DNA from: Desulfosudaceae bacterium
Lineage (GTDB): Bacteria; Desulfobacterota; Desulfobacteria; Desulfobacterales; Desulfosudaceae
DNA: 64,000 nt
Direction: 5' to 3'
Assembly (NCBI GenBank): GCA_963674745.2
Contig: CAXXDV010000001.1
Coordinates: 1,216,001-1,280,000, forward strand
Shown: one piece after another, positions 8,779-19,500 of the stretch
Numbering within the stretch: position 1 is the first letter of the stretch
Layout: each line of letters starts with the position of its first letter
Notes under the pieces: model-generated
Seen by the model: the letters and a program-made list of their open reading frames with translations, nothing else
Databases searched by the model: none
What the model was told of the DNA's origin: nothing
Translations under genes and position numbers: made by a program

Positions 8779-9310
8779 TATAATTCCTCCGTTTTGTTTG
8801 ACTCTGGTTTAAGAAAAAGTTGCATCATTAGCCTTCAACGAATTCGATTTTTTCTACCTCCCTTCTGGAATGTCCTTCACCGATTTTTCCAATATTTAGA
8901 TAATTTTTCATTCTTTGCTGATCAGGAGAATACGGACCTCCATCAGCATCATTTAGGTGATGAACCCTTAGCGCATCCTAAGCCTCCCTATGTTTTATAT
9001 TACTGGTACACCTCATTAAAAATAATCTGGCAGGAACCCAGAGACTATTCCGAGTACCAACATTGAGGTTTAATGATTGGATTTTCAAATACCATACCAA
9101 GGAGGATTGATGTGGACCGATAAAAGGAGTTAATGACAGAAAAGGAAGACAACCTATTGATAAATAGAAGATTTTGACGAAAAATATTAATTTATAATAG
9201 GATTGTTAAAGGTAAACAAATACTGAAAGGATTAAACACTATAGATAGACATTAAGCGCAAGTATCAAATTCGCTACCATAAATATCTTCTGTAGATCTC
9301 AAGTTAATAT

Positions 9311-10000
9311 GTAAGCGTCAAATTAACCCCACCCTAACAGGCCGGGGCGCTCAGAGCGGCCGGATCGAGATGCTGCGGCAGTAATTTCTTGTATCCTTCC
9401 GGGTCGCCAATTAGCGGAAGCTGTCCAAAAATATAACGCAGATATAAATAGGGTTCCAAGCCGTTTGCCTTGGCCGTCTCTATCAGGCTGTTGATAGCGG
9501 CGCTGGCGTCCGCGCCTTTGGGATGGCCGGAGAAGAGCCAGTTCTTTCGTCCCAGCACAAACTGCCGGATGGCGTTCTCCACCAGGTTGTTTTCCAGCAG
9601 CAGACGGCCGTCCTGGACACAGCAGGTCAGCCGATCCAATTAGTCCAGGGTGTAATTGATGGATTTTCCCAGAAGCTCTTGCGGCGGTGTCTGTTAGCTG
9701 CGTTTGTCCAGCCATTTCTTAAAAGAGTTCAAGATGGGCACAGCCTCAGCCTGACGAAGTTTGTATATCGCTTCACAAGAAAACTCGTCTTTTTTCACAC
9801 GGCTCGCCAGTTGATACAGCTTGCCGATAACACTTAAAGCCTTTTCAGCGCTGCCAGCCTTTTGCGATTTTCCTTTCTTCACCGGTTGCCGTGCTTTGAT
9901 CACTTCGTTGAACTTGCGGAGCGCGTGTGCCCAGCAGCCGATATGGACAATACCTTCTTTCTGGTCCAGACCGCGGTTATCAATTCGGGTTTAAGCAGGC
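9311..10000 (-). mobile_element. tnpC: IS66-family remnant: 3' part of tnpC pseudogene plus terminal inverted repeat (upstream boundary approximate)
   Basis: CWAHALRKF and NNLVENAIRQFVLGRKNWLFSG...SLIETAKANGLEP motifs; two in-frame TAA stops; GTAAGCGTC end at 9311. Confidence 0.9.
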
Positions 10001-10223
10001 CGACCAAGCCGGGAATGACGAAACCTGCTGCCAGCGGATACAGATTGGCACGCATTTTCTCAGACTTATATGAAGATGTAGTTTTTTTATAATTCATTCT
10101 TCCCTTAACTCTGCCCGAGTAAAAAATAATATAGAGTAAGTAAAACATTACATATTTATCAGTCGGAGATTTTTCTGTCAGGTGTGCTTTTTCGTCAATT
10201 TATTAATCTGGGGGTAACAATAT

Positions 10224-10576
10224 CAAGGAATATATTGACCGGTATATCAAGGAAGCTATGGCGGGAGATTACAACCGTCTTTTAACGGTCAGGGCATGGA
10301 ATATGCCGCCGTGCAATAAAATCGAAAAATACAAGATGGATGAAAAAAAGGAGTTTGACTTTATAAGTATATATCGCCCAGAAATCTGCGTGTGGAATAT
10401 TCTGCAGTGCGCCTTGCGCATGTGGAATCGGAAAATAGAACCTCATGATGTTGAGTAGATAGCGCATTACGCGGAGATGGCATTCACCCAGAGTGGCGGC
10501 TCAAAAATTACTGAATAGCCTTGAGGGTTACACATAATAAAAAGGCTCTTGATTTCGTTGGGGAGTATTTTTTTGT
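10224..10576 (+). pseudogene. Decayed second copy of the 4699-5137 backbone end (two small genes fused by an ~85-bp deletion)
   Basis: Colinear similarity to 4699-5137; deletion of the segment equivalent to ~4794-4878; AAG-to-TAG stop; eroded terminator. Confidence 0.88.
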
Positions 10577-10835
10577 GCGGTTTATGCAAATGGTATGTTA
10601 AAGAGGTCATATAATCAAAACACCAATTAAAACAGACAGTCTGTACAAGTACATAAATCAGAATCAAAATCAGACCGGTGAACAGTTCTTGTTATTTTAA
10701 AGAACGCTTCAATGCTTATATAATGCTCTGATTAGAAAAGAATATAGTTGATCTCTCCCAAAAAGAATGATTTTATGCATTAATTTGTTTAATTCTCTAC
10801 TGAATCTAATAACGACAACAACCCTTTAATTACTA

Positions 10836-11231
10836 TTGAGGCTCAAAATCTTGAACCCAATTACTGATCGGATAAAAATTGGCACAGTCGGTGAGATTCT
10901 TGTTCAACTCCGGTTATTGGAGCACAATGTTCAGGCTGCTCCGCCCATTAAGGATTCTGGAAACGACCTTATAGCTGTCCGTGGTGAGGTTTTCAGAGCC
11001 ATCCAAGTCAAGACCCGAACGGGTGACAGTTATTCTAAAAACGACTTGCCTGATCTTTATCACGTCCTTGCGGTAGTGCATCTTGTTGCCAATGAAGACT
11101 CTTTACTTTTGGATGAATCACAAGTTTTTTTAATCCCGCGCAATAATGTTGCAGGGGCTTCTACACGCTTTGCGGATCTTGCTGAGTTCGCCGTTTCTGT
11201 CGAGCATGTTGATGCATTGTTTGAAAACTGA
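10836..11231 (+). CDS. Small PD-(D/E)XK endonuclease
   Basis: GTVGEILV...NDLIAV...IQVKT motif order (E, D, QxK). Confidence 0.8.
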   Translation: MRLKILNPITDRIKIGTVGEILVQLRLLEHNVQAAPPIKDSGNDLIAVRGEVFRAIQVKTRTGDSYSKNDLPDLYHVLAVVHLVANEDSLLLDESQVFLIPRNNVAGASTRFADLAEFAVSVEHVDALFEN

Positions 11232-11255
11232 AATATAGGGAGGTCCGACCAAGCG

Positions 11256-11990
11256 GTGGTTAGAATAAAAACGAAAAAAGAAAAAAGATTTGATAAGTTA
11301 AGTGACGATTTTATTTATGTTAAATGCGCATATTCTGATTTCGATATATTTCAAGGAAAAATTGGAGAAATAGTTGCCGCATATCAGCCCAGAATTCTAT
11401 CAAATAAAGTTAATGCTCTTGAAATAGGGTGTGGTTATGGCGCAACAGCTGAGGTGATTTTAAATGCAAGAGAAGATATCGAGTTATTTACTATTGATAA
11501 CGAGCCTAAAATGATTGCAAAAGCGATAAAAAAACTCTCTCCATTTAGAAGAGATAAACGGGATTTTAAAGTTATTGAGGCCGATGCTTTAGACTATATC
11601 GGACAACTTGATGATATGAATGTGGATATTGTAGCTTCTGTTTTAACACTACATAATTTTAAAAAATCTTACAGAAATCCTCTTTTAAAAGAAATCTATC
11701 GGGTTTTAAAAGATGGTGGTGTCTTTGTTAATGCAGATAAATATGCTTTAAATGGAGCACAGCAGAATAAAACTCTTTATTCGGAAATAGAAAAATATTT
11801 TGATACATTTATACCCTTAAAAAAATATGAAACTTTAAGAGAGTGGGTATTACATCATATTGAAGACCAAGCACCCTCAAGAGTAATGCATGAAAAAAGC
11901 TCAATTATAAATCTTAATAAGATAGGCTTCAAAAAACCTCAAATAATTTACCGCAACAATATGATAGCCGTTCTTGTGGCTAAAAAATAA
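11256..11990 (+). CDS. Class I SAM-dependent methyltransferase
   Basis: ALEIGCGYG, IDNEPKMI, LHNF, YRVLKDGGVFVNAD; GGAGG RBS before GTG. Confidence 0.9.
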   Translation: MVRIKTKKEKRFDKLSDDFIYVKCAYSDFDIFQGKIGEIVAAYQPRILSNKVNALEIGCGYGATAEVILNAREDIELFTIDNEPKMIAKAIKKLSPFRRDKRDFKVIEADALDYIGQLDDMNVDIVASVLTLHNFKKSYRNPLLKEIYRVLKDGGVFVNADKYALNGAQQNKTLYSEIEKYFDTFIPLKKYETLREWVLHHIEDQAPSRVMHEKSSIINLNKIGFKKPQIIYRNNMIAVLVAKK

Positions 11991-12358
11991 AATATTTTGT
12001 TTTCGTGATATATGTTTGATATTATGGGTATCAAATTTGACATTAGTGATACCCAAAAATAGAATTATGGTTTTAGTTTGTTGCTGACCAATAATCACAA
12101 GGAAACTGTTCGTTTCAATATAATATTCTGAAATATTTAAACAAAAAGAATATAATTGCTTAAGGCAATAAGACGGCATATATATTGCTTTATAAATAAA
12201 GAGCTAAGCACCAAAATTCCTGTCCTCGCAAAAAAAATGCGGGGAATTACAGGATTGTTGCGTAGCCTTACGGGTTGCCACAATACATTTTCGCAAAAGA
12301 CATGATGGTTTGGCCCTGCACAAGCTACAGGAATTAACGAGTTAAAGGAGATATAATA

Positions 12359-13261
12359 ATGAAGCATTTCAAAGCTAACACACCTAAACTATTATTTTTA
12401 TGCCTCGTAATTATTGTTTCAATTGGGGTTATGGGAGGCTGTGAGCAACTGGGAATAACCGGTAAATTAACCGAAAAAAACGTTGCGAAGGAAACAACCT
12501 ATGACAAAATTATGAAAGCGGGAAAAATTCGAGTTGGATACGTAAGTGTTCCTCCTGCTTGTATTGTTGATCCTGCATCAGGAAATATTTCAGGTATAAC
12601 GGTTGATATTCTCAGAAAAATAGCAAAAGATACAGGACTTGGGATTGAGTTCACCGAGGAAGTCGGCTGGGGAACAATGATCCAGGGGTTAGATGCTGGT
12701 CGCTATGATATTGTCGGCTCAACATCCTGGGCTAATCCTGTACGAGGTAAATTAACGGCTCTTTCTAAACCAATATTTTACAGTGGTATAGGCATCTGGG
12801 TTCGTTCGGATGATAACAGATTTAAAGAAGGTAACAGTTGGGCATCTGTTAACGTGCCTGAAGCGCGACTTGGCGTGATGGATGGTTCAACCGGCGAAGT
12901 AATTGCCAGCACACAATTTCCTAATTCAAAACATGTTACATATACTGATTTAACCGGTGAACCACAACTTTTCCTAGAACTTATCGCTAATAAAGTTGAT
13001 GTCGTATTTGCCGAACCTGTACAGGGTTTGGATTTTCTAAAAAACAATCCGGGTAAAATCAAAAATATAGCAGCGAATTCACCGATTCGTATTTTTGCGA
13101 ATGTATACTTGATGCCGAAGGATGAATTTCAATTCAAAGGTATGATAGACGTAGCTCTTGAAGGCCTTCAAAATAGTGGATTCGTTGATCAGATTTTAAA
13201 AAAGTACGAACCAGGTCCCAATGTGTATTACAGGGTAGCGCGTCCTTACAGAACGAATTGA
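12359..13261 (+). CDS. Polar amino-acid ABC transporter substrate-binding lipoprotein (SBP_bac_3)
   Basis: Lipobox MGGC; GKIRVGY, GITVDIL, WGTMIQGLDAGRYDI, ILKKY. Confidence 0.9.
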   Translation: MKHFKANTPKLLFLCLVIIVSIGVMGGCEQLGITGKLTEKNVAKETTYDKIMKAGKIRVGYVSVPPACIVDPASGNISGITVDILRKIAKDTGLGIEFTEEVGWGTMIQGLDAGRYDIVGSTSWANPVRGKLTALSKPIFYSGIGIWVRSDDNRFKEGNSWASVNVPEARLGVMDGSTGEVIASTQFPNSKHVTYTDLTGEPQLFLELIANKVDVVFAEPVQGLDFLKNNPGKIKNIAANSPIRIFANVYLMPKDEFQFKGMIDVALEGLQNSGFVDQILKKYEPGPNVYYRVARPYRTN

Positions 13262-13305
13262 AACCTGAGCTAAACACAATATGAAAAATTGTATGGAGGC
13301 CTGAA

Positions 13306-14544
13306 TTGAACATACATGAATATATAGCCCAAAAAATTATTGAGGATATTCGTCTCAATAATGGTTTTGATGAGGAATTTATTTTAGAAATTGATAAGCC
13401 GCCATGGATAGAGGAAATCCGAAAAAAAATAAAAAGTAGTGATTTTGAAAAAATTACTAAGCTTGTCCATTCAAGTAACAAGAAAATTATGTCTTTTGGT
13501 ATTAATCTTTTGAAAGAGATTAGAGACACAGAACCAGTTAAAAGATTATTGTTCAATATTTGGGATACTTCACAAGATTATCATGTAAGATCCAAGTTAA
13601 CGTATAGGCTGACGGACTATGCTGACTTAGATATCTCAATGCATGAAAACATTTATGCATTTATAAAACACAACTGGGACACATGGATTGCCGAAGTGAC
13701 AAGATATTTTGGTGGTGCTGATAATGTTCTTAAAGAAGTCGTTGAAACACGGATTAAAAATGGAAAACCTCCTGAATCAAAACTCTGGCTACGCCTATGT
13801 CAATGCATGGCTGCATCCAATAAAAAAGAAGTAGAAAGAATTATTACAGAATATGAAAATTCCGAGCAGCCGCTTGTCAAAAAAGTTTCAAATGATTTAA
13901 AACAAAAATTAGAGGATGAAATAATCGAATTTAAAGCAGAAAAAGCCACAGAGGACATTCGTCATGCTCATGATATTGATGAAGAGGATATAATTGAATT
14001 AGCCCAATACCCTATAGTTAATCACATAAGAAGGAAAGTGAGAGAACAAGATATTGAACTTATCATTAAAAATTTTGTAGAATCTGGAAATGACAATCTC
14101 GTAAAGTTTGGGATTAGTATACTCCGCGAGCAGAGGAATAACAATAATGTTAAGGCATTCTTTTTCAAGTTATGGAACCAGAACGGTGATTACACAAAAA
14201 AATTCAAAGCCATGTTTAGGTTGTTGGACTATCCTGATTTGGATATAACTATACATGAGAGCATGTATGATTTTGTTAAGAGGGACTGGGACAGATTTCT
14301 TCAAGGAATTATTGAGCATTTTGGAGGGACTGAAGAAATTCAAGAAAAAATAATTGGACGGATCAATAATAAAGATTTCCCCGAGACAAAACTGTGGGTG
14401 CGCCTTTGCCAATGCATGGCGATTCCTGACAAAGATCAAGCAGAAATAATTATTGATCAATATGCAGACTCAACCGCCCCGCTTGTTTCAAAGGTTGTAA
14501 AAGATTTGAAACAAAAGCTGAAAAATTCCAAAATTAATGCTTGA
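13306..14544 (+). CDS. Hypothetical alpha-helical protein made of two tandem ~205-aa homologous domains
   Basis: Both halves contain EDIR...DEE, FGI, RLxDYxDLDIxxHE, FGG, PExKLWxRLCQCMA, PLVxKVxxDLKQKL. Confidence 0.85.
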   Translation: MNIHEYIAQKIIEDIRLNNGFDEEFILEIDKPPWIEEIRKKIKSSDFEKITKLVHSSNKKIMSFGINLLKEIRDTEPVKRLLFNIWDTSQDYHVRSKLTYRLTDYADLDISMHENIYAFIKHNWDTWIAEVTRYFGGADNVLKEVVETRIKNGKPPESKLWLRLCQCMAASNKKEVERIITEYENSEQPLVKKVSNDLKQKLEDEIIEFKAEKATEDIRHAHDIDEEDIIELAQYPIVNHIRRKVREQDIELIIKNFVESGNDNLVKFGISILREQRNNNNVKAFFFKLWNQNGDYTKKFKAMFRLLDYPDLDITIHESMYDFVKRDWDRFLQGIIEHFGGTEEIQEKIIGRINNKDFPETKLWVRLCQCMAIPDKDQAEIIIDQYADSTAPLVSKVVKDLKQKLKNSKINA

Positions 14545-14577
14545 ATTTCATTTTTTTACATAAGTTGAGTTAACTCA

Positions 14578-15240
14578 TTGAGTACAATTCAGATTTTTCA
14601 ACAATATAGTGGCAGCATGCTGCGGGGGCTCCAGGTAACCCTTTACCTCTGCCTGATTATCTGGTCCTCAGGCATTGTCATTGGATCATTATTAGGCACT
14701 GCAGGAGCACGGTGGAGATTTATTGCCATACCGTCGAAAGTATTTTCAATTATTTTGGCTGGTGTTCCTGCGCTGGTTTTTTTGTTTTGGATGCATTATC
14801 CGTTTCAGACCCTGCTTAATATTGTTATTGATCCGTTTATCACTGCGGCTGTTTCGCTTTCAATTATTAATATATTTTTAGTATCTGATCTTGTCAGAGG
14901 CGTTATTAACGATTTTCCGACTCAGTATGTGTGGGCGGCAAAGGCCTGTGGACTATCCGAGAGTGAAATAAACCTGCATATTAAATTGCCAATTATTCTT
15001 CGGCAAGTCATTCCCGGTCTCTTAATAATTCAAATTACGATGCTCCAAGCCACTTTGTTTGCCAGCCTGATTTCCGTTGATGAAATTTTTCGAATCGCCC
15101 AGAGGATAAATTCTCAAGTTTACAGACCGGTTCCTATTTATACAATGCTTGCATTATTTTTTGTTTGTGTTTGTGTCCCTTTATTCGGTTTGGCACATTA
15201 TCTCCGCAAGCGATTTACAAGAGATTTGTCAGAGAGATAA
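14578..15240 (+). CDS. Amino-acid ABC transporter permease
   Basis: GLQVTLYL, GVPALV, EAA-like AAKACGLS loop, SLISVDEIF. Confidence 0.92.
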   Translation: MSTIQIFQQYSGSMLRGLQVTLYLCLIIWSSGIVIGSLLGTAGARWRFIAIPSKVFSIILAGVPALVFLFWMHYPFQTLLNIVIDPFITAAVSLSIINIFLVSDLVRGVINDFPTQYVWAAKACGLSESEINLHIKLPIILRQVIPGLLIIQITMLQATLFASLISVDEIFRIAQRINSQVYRPVPIYTMLALFFVCVCVPLFGLAHYLRKRFTRDLSER

Positions 15241-15987
15241 ATGAATTCAGATACTCAAAAGTTACGCGCAACCGAAATAACCAAATCATATGGGAAGGTT
15301 CAGGTTTTAAAGGATATTAATTTAGATATTACTCCTGGCACGATTACCACATTAATTGGACCCAGCGGTAGCGGGAAAAGTACGCTTTTAAGAGCCTTCT
15401 CACTGCTTGACCCACCGGATAATGGGACAATCTCCTTTAGCGGGACGAATTATGTGTTTGTCAACGGTAAAGGTGATGTCGCCCCCTCACCATGGCCGGA
15501 TATTACAGTTGTTTTTCAGCAGCTTTTCCTATGGCCCCATATGACGCTTCGACAAAATATTATGCTTCCACTTAAAAAAAGAGGTATAAAAAAAAATGAC
15601 CGGGTAATCTGTGAATTGATTGATCAGCTGGAGATGTCTTCGTTTGCCGACCGTTATCCGAACGAGGTGTCTATCGGTCAACGACAACTTGCAGCAATTG
15701 CAAGGGCGTTAGCATTGAAACCCAAATTCCTTCTTCTTGATGAAATAACATCAGCCCTTGATGTTGAGTATGTTAGTACGATACTAGAAAAATTAAATCA
15801 GTTAAAGAGTGAGGGTATCGGCATCCTCCTGATAACACATATTATCGGTTTTGCCAAAAGAAGTGCTGATCAGGTAGTCTTTTTAGACAAAGGGGAAATA
15901 GTGGAGTCAGGTGGAACAGAGATATTGACAAAACCGGAAAGTGATCGAATGAAAGAGTTTTTATCCCTTATGATTTCTGCGCATTAA
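15241..15987 (+). CDS. Amino-acid ABC transporter ATP-binding protein
   Basis: Walker A GPSGSGKST, signature VSIGQRQ, Walker B LLLDEITSALD, H-loop ITH. Confidence 0.95.
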   Translation: MNSDTQKLRATEITKSYGKVQVLKDINLDITPGTITTLIGPSGSGKSTLLRAFSLLDPPDNGTISFSGTNYVFVNGKGDVAPSPWPDITVVFQQLFLWPHMTLRQNIMLPLKKRGIKKNDRVICELIDQLEMSSFADRYPNEVSIGQRQLAAIARALALKPKFLLLDEITSALDVEYVSTILEKLNQLKSEGIGILLITHIIGFAKRSADQVVFLDKGEIVESGGTEILTKPESDRMKEFLSLMISAH

Positions 15988-16006
15988 TACTTGATGAAGG
16001 TTTTGA

Positions 16007-18022
16007 ATGGTTAAAAACAGTAACGATAATTCTTTGAAATGTGATGAATATTTAAGGTTAAGTTTAAATTTGCAAAAAGGCAGGAATGAATGTGTTAAAA
16101 TTTTAAATAAAAGCCTAAACACCGAAGAATCAGACACTAAAAAGCTAACAAGTGAAGAATTTTCACATGTTCTTTCTAAAATAATAAAGACAGCGGGTTT
16201 ATATTTAAACAGTTTTTTAAATGACTTATGGCGTGACTCGATTTCAGTAGAGAAACGAATAATGTTTGTATGGCCAGGATACTATACTTATTCTCCATAT
16301 GGAGGTGAACGGGCGGATACAGTAGGCCATGAAAACATAATAGAAATTATTGATAATGAAGAACCGTTAACACCAAGCAAAATTGCTAAACTGAAAGCAA
16401 TAATCAGTAATGCAGTAACGCATCACGGGTACGGAACATATGGGGAAAAAGATGAAAAGTTAACCTTGTTCCCACTAGTTATTTGGTTCTACTTATTTTA
16501 CGCTAAGGAGATAAATAACAATGAAATATACGGTTTTACAAAATGGTTTGAAAAAATTGGGACGTTATATGTTGGAAACGGAAAGGATATAGTTCCACTA
16601 ATCGCAATTGAAGCAACAACGGCTAAAAAAAACGGTTTAGATAAACCACAAATACATAACGGTGTACTGACAATTTATGTGCCTGAACAAAAAAAGAATA
16701 ACCCAGAAAATCTCCTAAAATGTTTTTCCGATTCGCTTAAGGAAGTCGAGTTTTATGACTATTCTAATAATGAACCCCTTAAAATTCCTGTTGAGCAAAT
16801 ACCCGAATACCCGCCAGTTGCTATTACTCAGAAAGAAAATGAGGAGGATATCAGACAAGCATTAAGGATATCATTCTCTTTGCTTTTTCATTCAATTTTC
16901 TTTGGATACAACAATGATGAAGAGTTCCCTCTAAATATGTCGAATTTAGCTAATGATGACACTATAGATGTAATTATTAATCGAATCAATAAAGCTTTAT
17001 ATATATTAAAAAGCTTTAAGCAAGATAACGATTTTAAAAATGCTTCCTTTTCACATTACTATGTTTTTCAAATTAATACTGGTTTTAAAATTAAAAGGAG
17101 TTCTATTGAAATAAATGATTTTCTTGGAACCATGAATTTATACTCTTCTCATGAAATAGAACCAGTTTATCTAAATATGATAAAAAAATTTTTAGATTCG
17201 ATATATGATCAGGTTCGTTTGATTGATGTAACACGGGAAATTGAGGAAGAGTCTTATAATGAAGCAATGGTTGCTGATTATAGAATGAGAGCTCATGAGC
17301 CGATGAAATTCTGTAATTTAATTGATAAGGAAACTCCCTATCAAATTTTAAATAGAATTAGACTTTATTTCCAAACATTTTTCTCAATAGGTCCAAACGA
17401 AATTGAAAATCTTGAAGAAATTCAAAGTATGCTGCCAGATAATTATGCTTCTGGTAACAATTTTCGAGAATATGTTAGGAATGCTATAAAAATATCCTTC
17501 TATTTATTTAGATCAAAAAGTTACATAGAAGATGGGAAAATGGATAAAACGTATGATGATCAATGTGATATTATTCAACACTCTGACAATATCATTGATC
17601 GAATTTATAATGATAGTAAATTACCTAAAACATCATTTAATAAACAAATGAAAAACGAAAATTACTATTTTTTCTCTGCATTAATTGTAATTTTTAACAA
17701 TATATATAAGCACACTACAATGATTTGGGATTTAAATGATATTATAATACCGAAATTAGAGGAAAAAGATGGTAGGAAATATATTGTAATTACAAATTAT
17801 TCATTGCCAGCCGACCCTAACGAAGAAAAAATACAGAGAAAACTTGATAAGAATAAACATAAAGGGACATCCCTATCTGTTCTGACCAATATTCGGAAAT
17901 ATACTTCTAACATTCCAAATAATTTTCGTGTTATCAAACTAAAAAGCCGTGTGGACGGGACAAAGATATGGTTATTTGAGACTAGAGCTCTTTTGCCCGA
18001 TAATTTTTTGGAGATAAAATGA
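16007..18022 (+). CDS. Large soluble protein with divergent C-terminal histidine-kinase-like module
   Basis: H-box-like RAHEPMK, N-box-like FNNIYKH, IVITN and KGTSL in the expected order; canonical DxGxG absent. Confidence 0.55.
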   Translation: MVKNSNDNSLKCDEYLRLSLNLQKGRNECVKILNKSLNTEESDTKKLTSEEFSHVLSKIIKTAGLYLNSFLNDLWRDSISVEKRIMFVWPGYYTYSPYGGERADTVGHENIIEIIDNEEPLTPSKIAKLKAIISNAVTHHGYGTYGEKDEKLTLFPLVIWFYLFYAKEINNNEIYGFTKWFEKIGTLYVGNGKDIVPLIAIEATTAKKNGLDKPQIHNGVLTIYVPEQKKNNPENLLKCFSDSLKEVEFYDYSNNEPLKIPVEQIPEYPPVAITQKENEEDIRQALRISFSLLFHSIFFGYNNDEEFPLNMSNLANDDTIDVIINRINKALYILKSFKQDNDFKNASFSHYYVFQINTGFKIKRSSIEINDFLGTMNLYSSHEIEPVYLNMIKKFLDSIYDQVRLIDVTREIEEESYNEAMVADYRMRAHEPMKFCNLIDKETPYQILNRIRLYFQTFFSIGPNEIENLEEIQSMLPDNYASGNNFREYVRNAIKISFYLFRSKSYIEDGKMDKTYDDQCDIIQHSDNIIDRIYNDSKLPKTSFNKQMKNENYYFFSALIVIFNNIYKHTTMIWDLNDIIIPKLEEKDGRKYIVITNYSLPADPNEEKIQRKLDKNKHKGTSLSVLTNIRKYTSNIPNNFRVIKLKSRVDGTKIWLFETRALLPDNFLEIK

Positions 18023-19500
18023 ACATTAAAATCTACTATATTGAAGATGATGAAAATAAATATAACTGTCTTGACCTTCTTTTACAAAAATTGAACTCGG
18101 ATGATGAACTTAAAGCGGCGCATATTGAAGTTGAAGATGGCTTTAAAAAAAATCAAAAGGCCTATAGGGATGTTTCTGCGCTTTGTGATGCTTTGTTGTC
18201 CGATCCAAATGGTCTAGTTCTCCTAGATTTAATGCTTTTAGATGATAAAGTTCAGCCTCCTTTATTACAAAGAGAAATACCGATAAACTTGCGAAAAAAG
18301 TTTTATGAAATGTTTGATTTGGAAATAGATCGTACAAATAGCCCAATTTCTAGCCAAGAGCTGTTACAAAAGATAAACAAATTATACAATGATGTTGATG
18401 GATTACGCGGGTTCGTTGATGTTGATTTCCTTGAGGATTTAAGATCTCAACTGTCAGATAATAATTTTGATGAGGAAAGCAGGAAAGTAGAGGATATATT
18501 ACAAATAGAAAAATATTCTAATATGATCAAAGAGAAGTATAGCATTAATGATAACTTATCCCCACTTATTTTATCTATGAGTAACTATTGTAAAAAAGAT
18601 GTATTTCTCTGTTCCACAGCATTGCAGCAAATATCATTAGTTATGGGTGAGGATGAACAGTTTTTTGCTAAGGCGGCTTTATTGTGGCCCAAAAAATGTA
18701 ATGGACATTTAAATGGTACAGATTCAAGTTTGATGGATTTATCCTTTAAGCAAATTAAAAGCTACATAATTAATAAATTTGATGATCTACACTGGTTCTT
18801 AAATCCCCCTCAGAAAAAAAATGAGTCAACTTTTGTAACCTGGTTTCAAAACAAAATTGCTCATACCAAAGGTCATATCCTTTTTGAGAAGCACTTAGCA
18901 ACAGTTAAGGATAAATTACCTTCTTGCAATGTTAATGATGCAAAAGCAATTTTACTAGGCACAAAGATAATTTCCGATACGACTAAGAGAATCACTGCAA
19001 AGTGTTTTACTGATTTCTTCCCGGGTTTGGAATTTAAGGGAATAAAGGAAATTGATGAATTCAACTTGCCAATTAGGCCCGCCTATGGATTTCTTGTTTC
19101 AATAAAACTATTTTTGTTTGCTTTGGACAATAACATTAACAATAAATATCAGTTAAGACATGTCTTAATTAGTAAAAACGAATCTTCGAATGGCAAAGAG
19201 ACAGAATTGATTGTCATTGGTGTGGAATCAAAATACTCTAAATATAATCTGCTAAGAAAGTTTTGCATTGACCTACATTCAAATTCTAATTTAGAAGAAT
19301 CTGACGGAGAAGCTGCAATTCTATTAAAGAATGCCTTATTTGCAGAGATATATCCAAAAACAAATAATCAACCAATTAGTCCGCAGGAGCATCTGTCTAA
19401 AATATTAGAGGGATGCGACGAAATGATTGCTTACCCATATTTAACTGATAATTTTATTGGGATTGCCTGGGCACCAGATAATATTTGGAAAAATACATGA
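18019..19500 (+). CDS. Protein with divergent, insertion-containing N-terminal receiver domain
   Basis: IYYIEDDENK and LVLLDLML; ATGA overlap with upstream gene. Confidence 0.65.
   Translation: MNIKIYYIEDDENKYNCLDLLLQKLNSDDELKAAHIEVEDGFKKNQKAYRDVSALCDALLSDPNGLVLLDLMLLDDKVQPPLLQREIPINLRKKFYEMFDLEIDRTNSPISSQELLQKINKLYNDVDGLRGFVDVDFLEDLRSQLSDNNFDEESRKVEDILQIEKYSNMIKEKYSINDNLSPLILSMSNYCKKDVFLCSTALQQISLVMGEDEQFFAKAALLWPKKCNGHLNGTDSSLMDLSFKQIKSYIINKFDDLHWFLNPPQKKNESTFVTWFQNKIAHTKGHILFEKHLATVKDKLPSCNVNDAKAILLGTKIISDTTKRITAKCFTDFFPGLEFKGIKEIDEFNLPIRPAYGFLVSIKLFLFALDNNINNKYQLRHVLISKNESSNGKETELIVIGVESKYSKYNLLRKFCIDLHSNSNLEESDGEAAILLKNALFAEIYPKTNNQPISPQEHLSKILEGCDEMIAYPYLTDNFIGIAWAPDNIWKNT

Noticed and set aside
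4699..10576. DGR template/variable repeat pair
   Set aside because: Differences are not adenine-specific, include an indel, and no reverse transcriptase is in the window
10836..11990. Type II restriction-modification pair
   Set aside because: The methyltransferase lacks DPPY/NPPY or PC motifs and looks like a small-molecule class I enzyme
12311..12325. sigma54 promoter before the SBP gene (TGGC-N9-GC)
   Set aside because: GG/GC spacing fits but the other consensus positions do not; too weak
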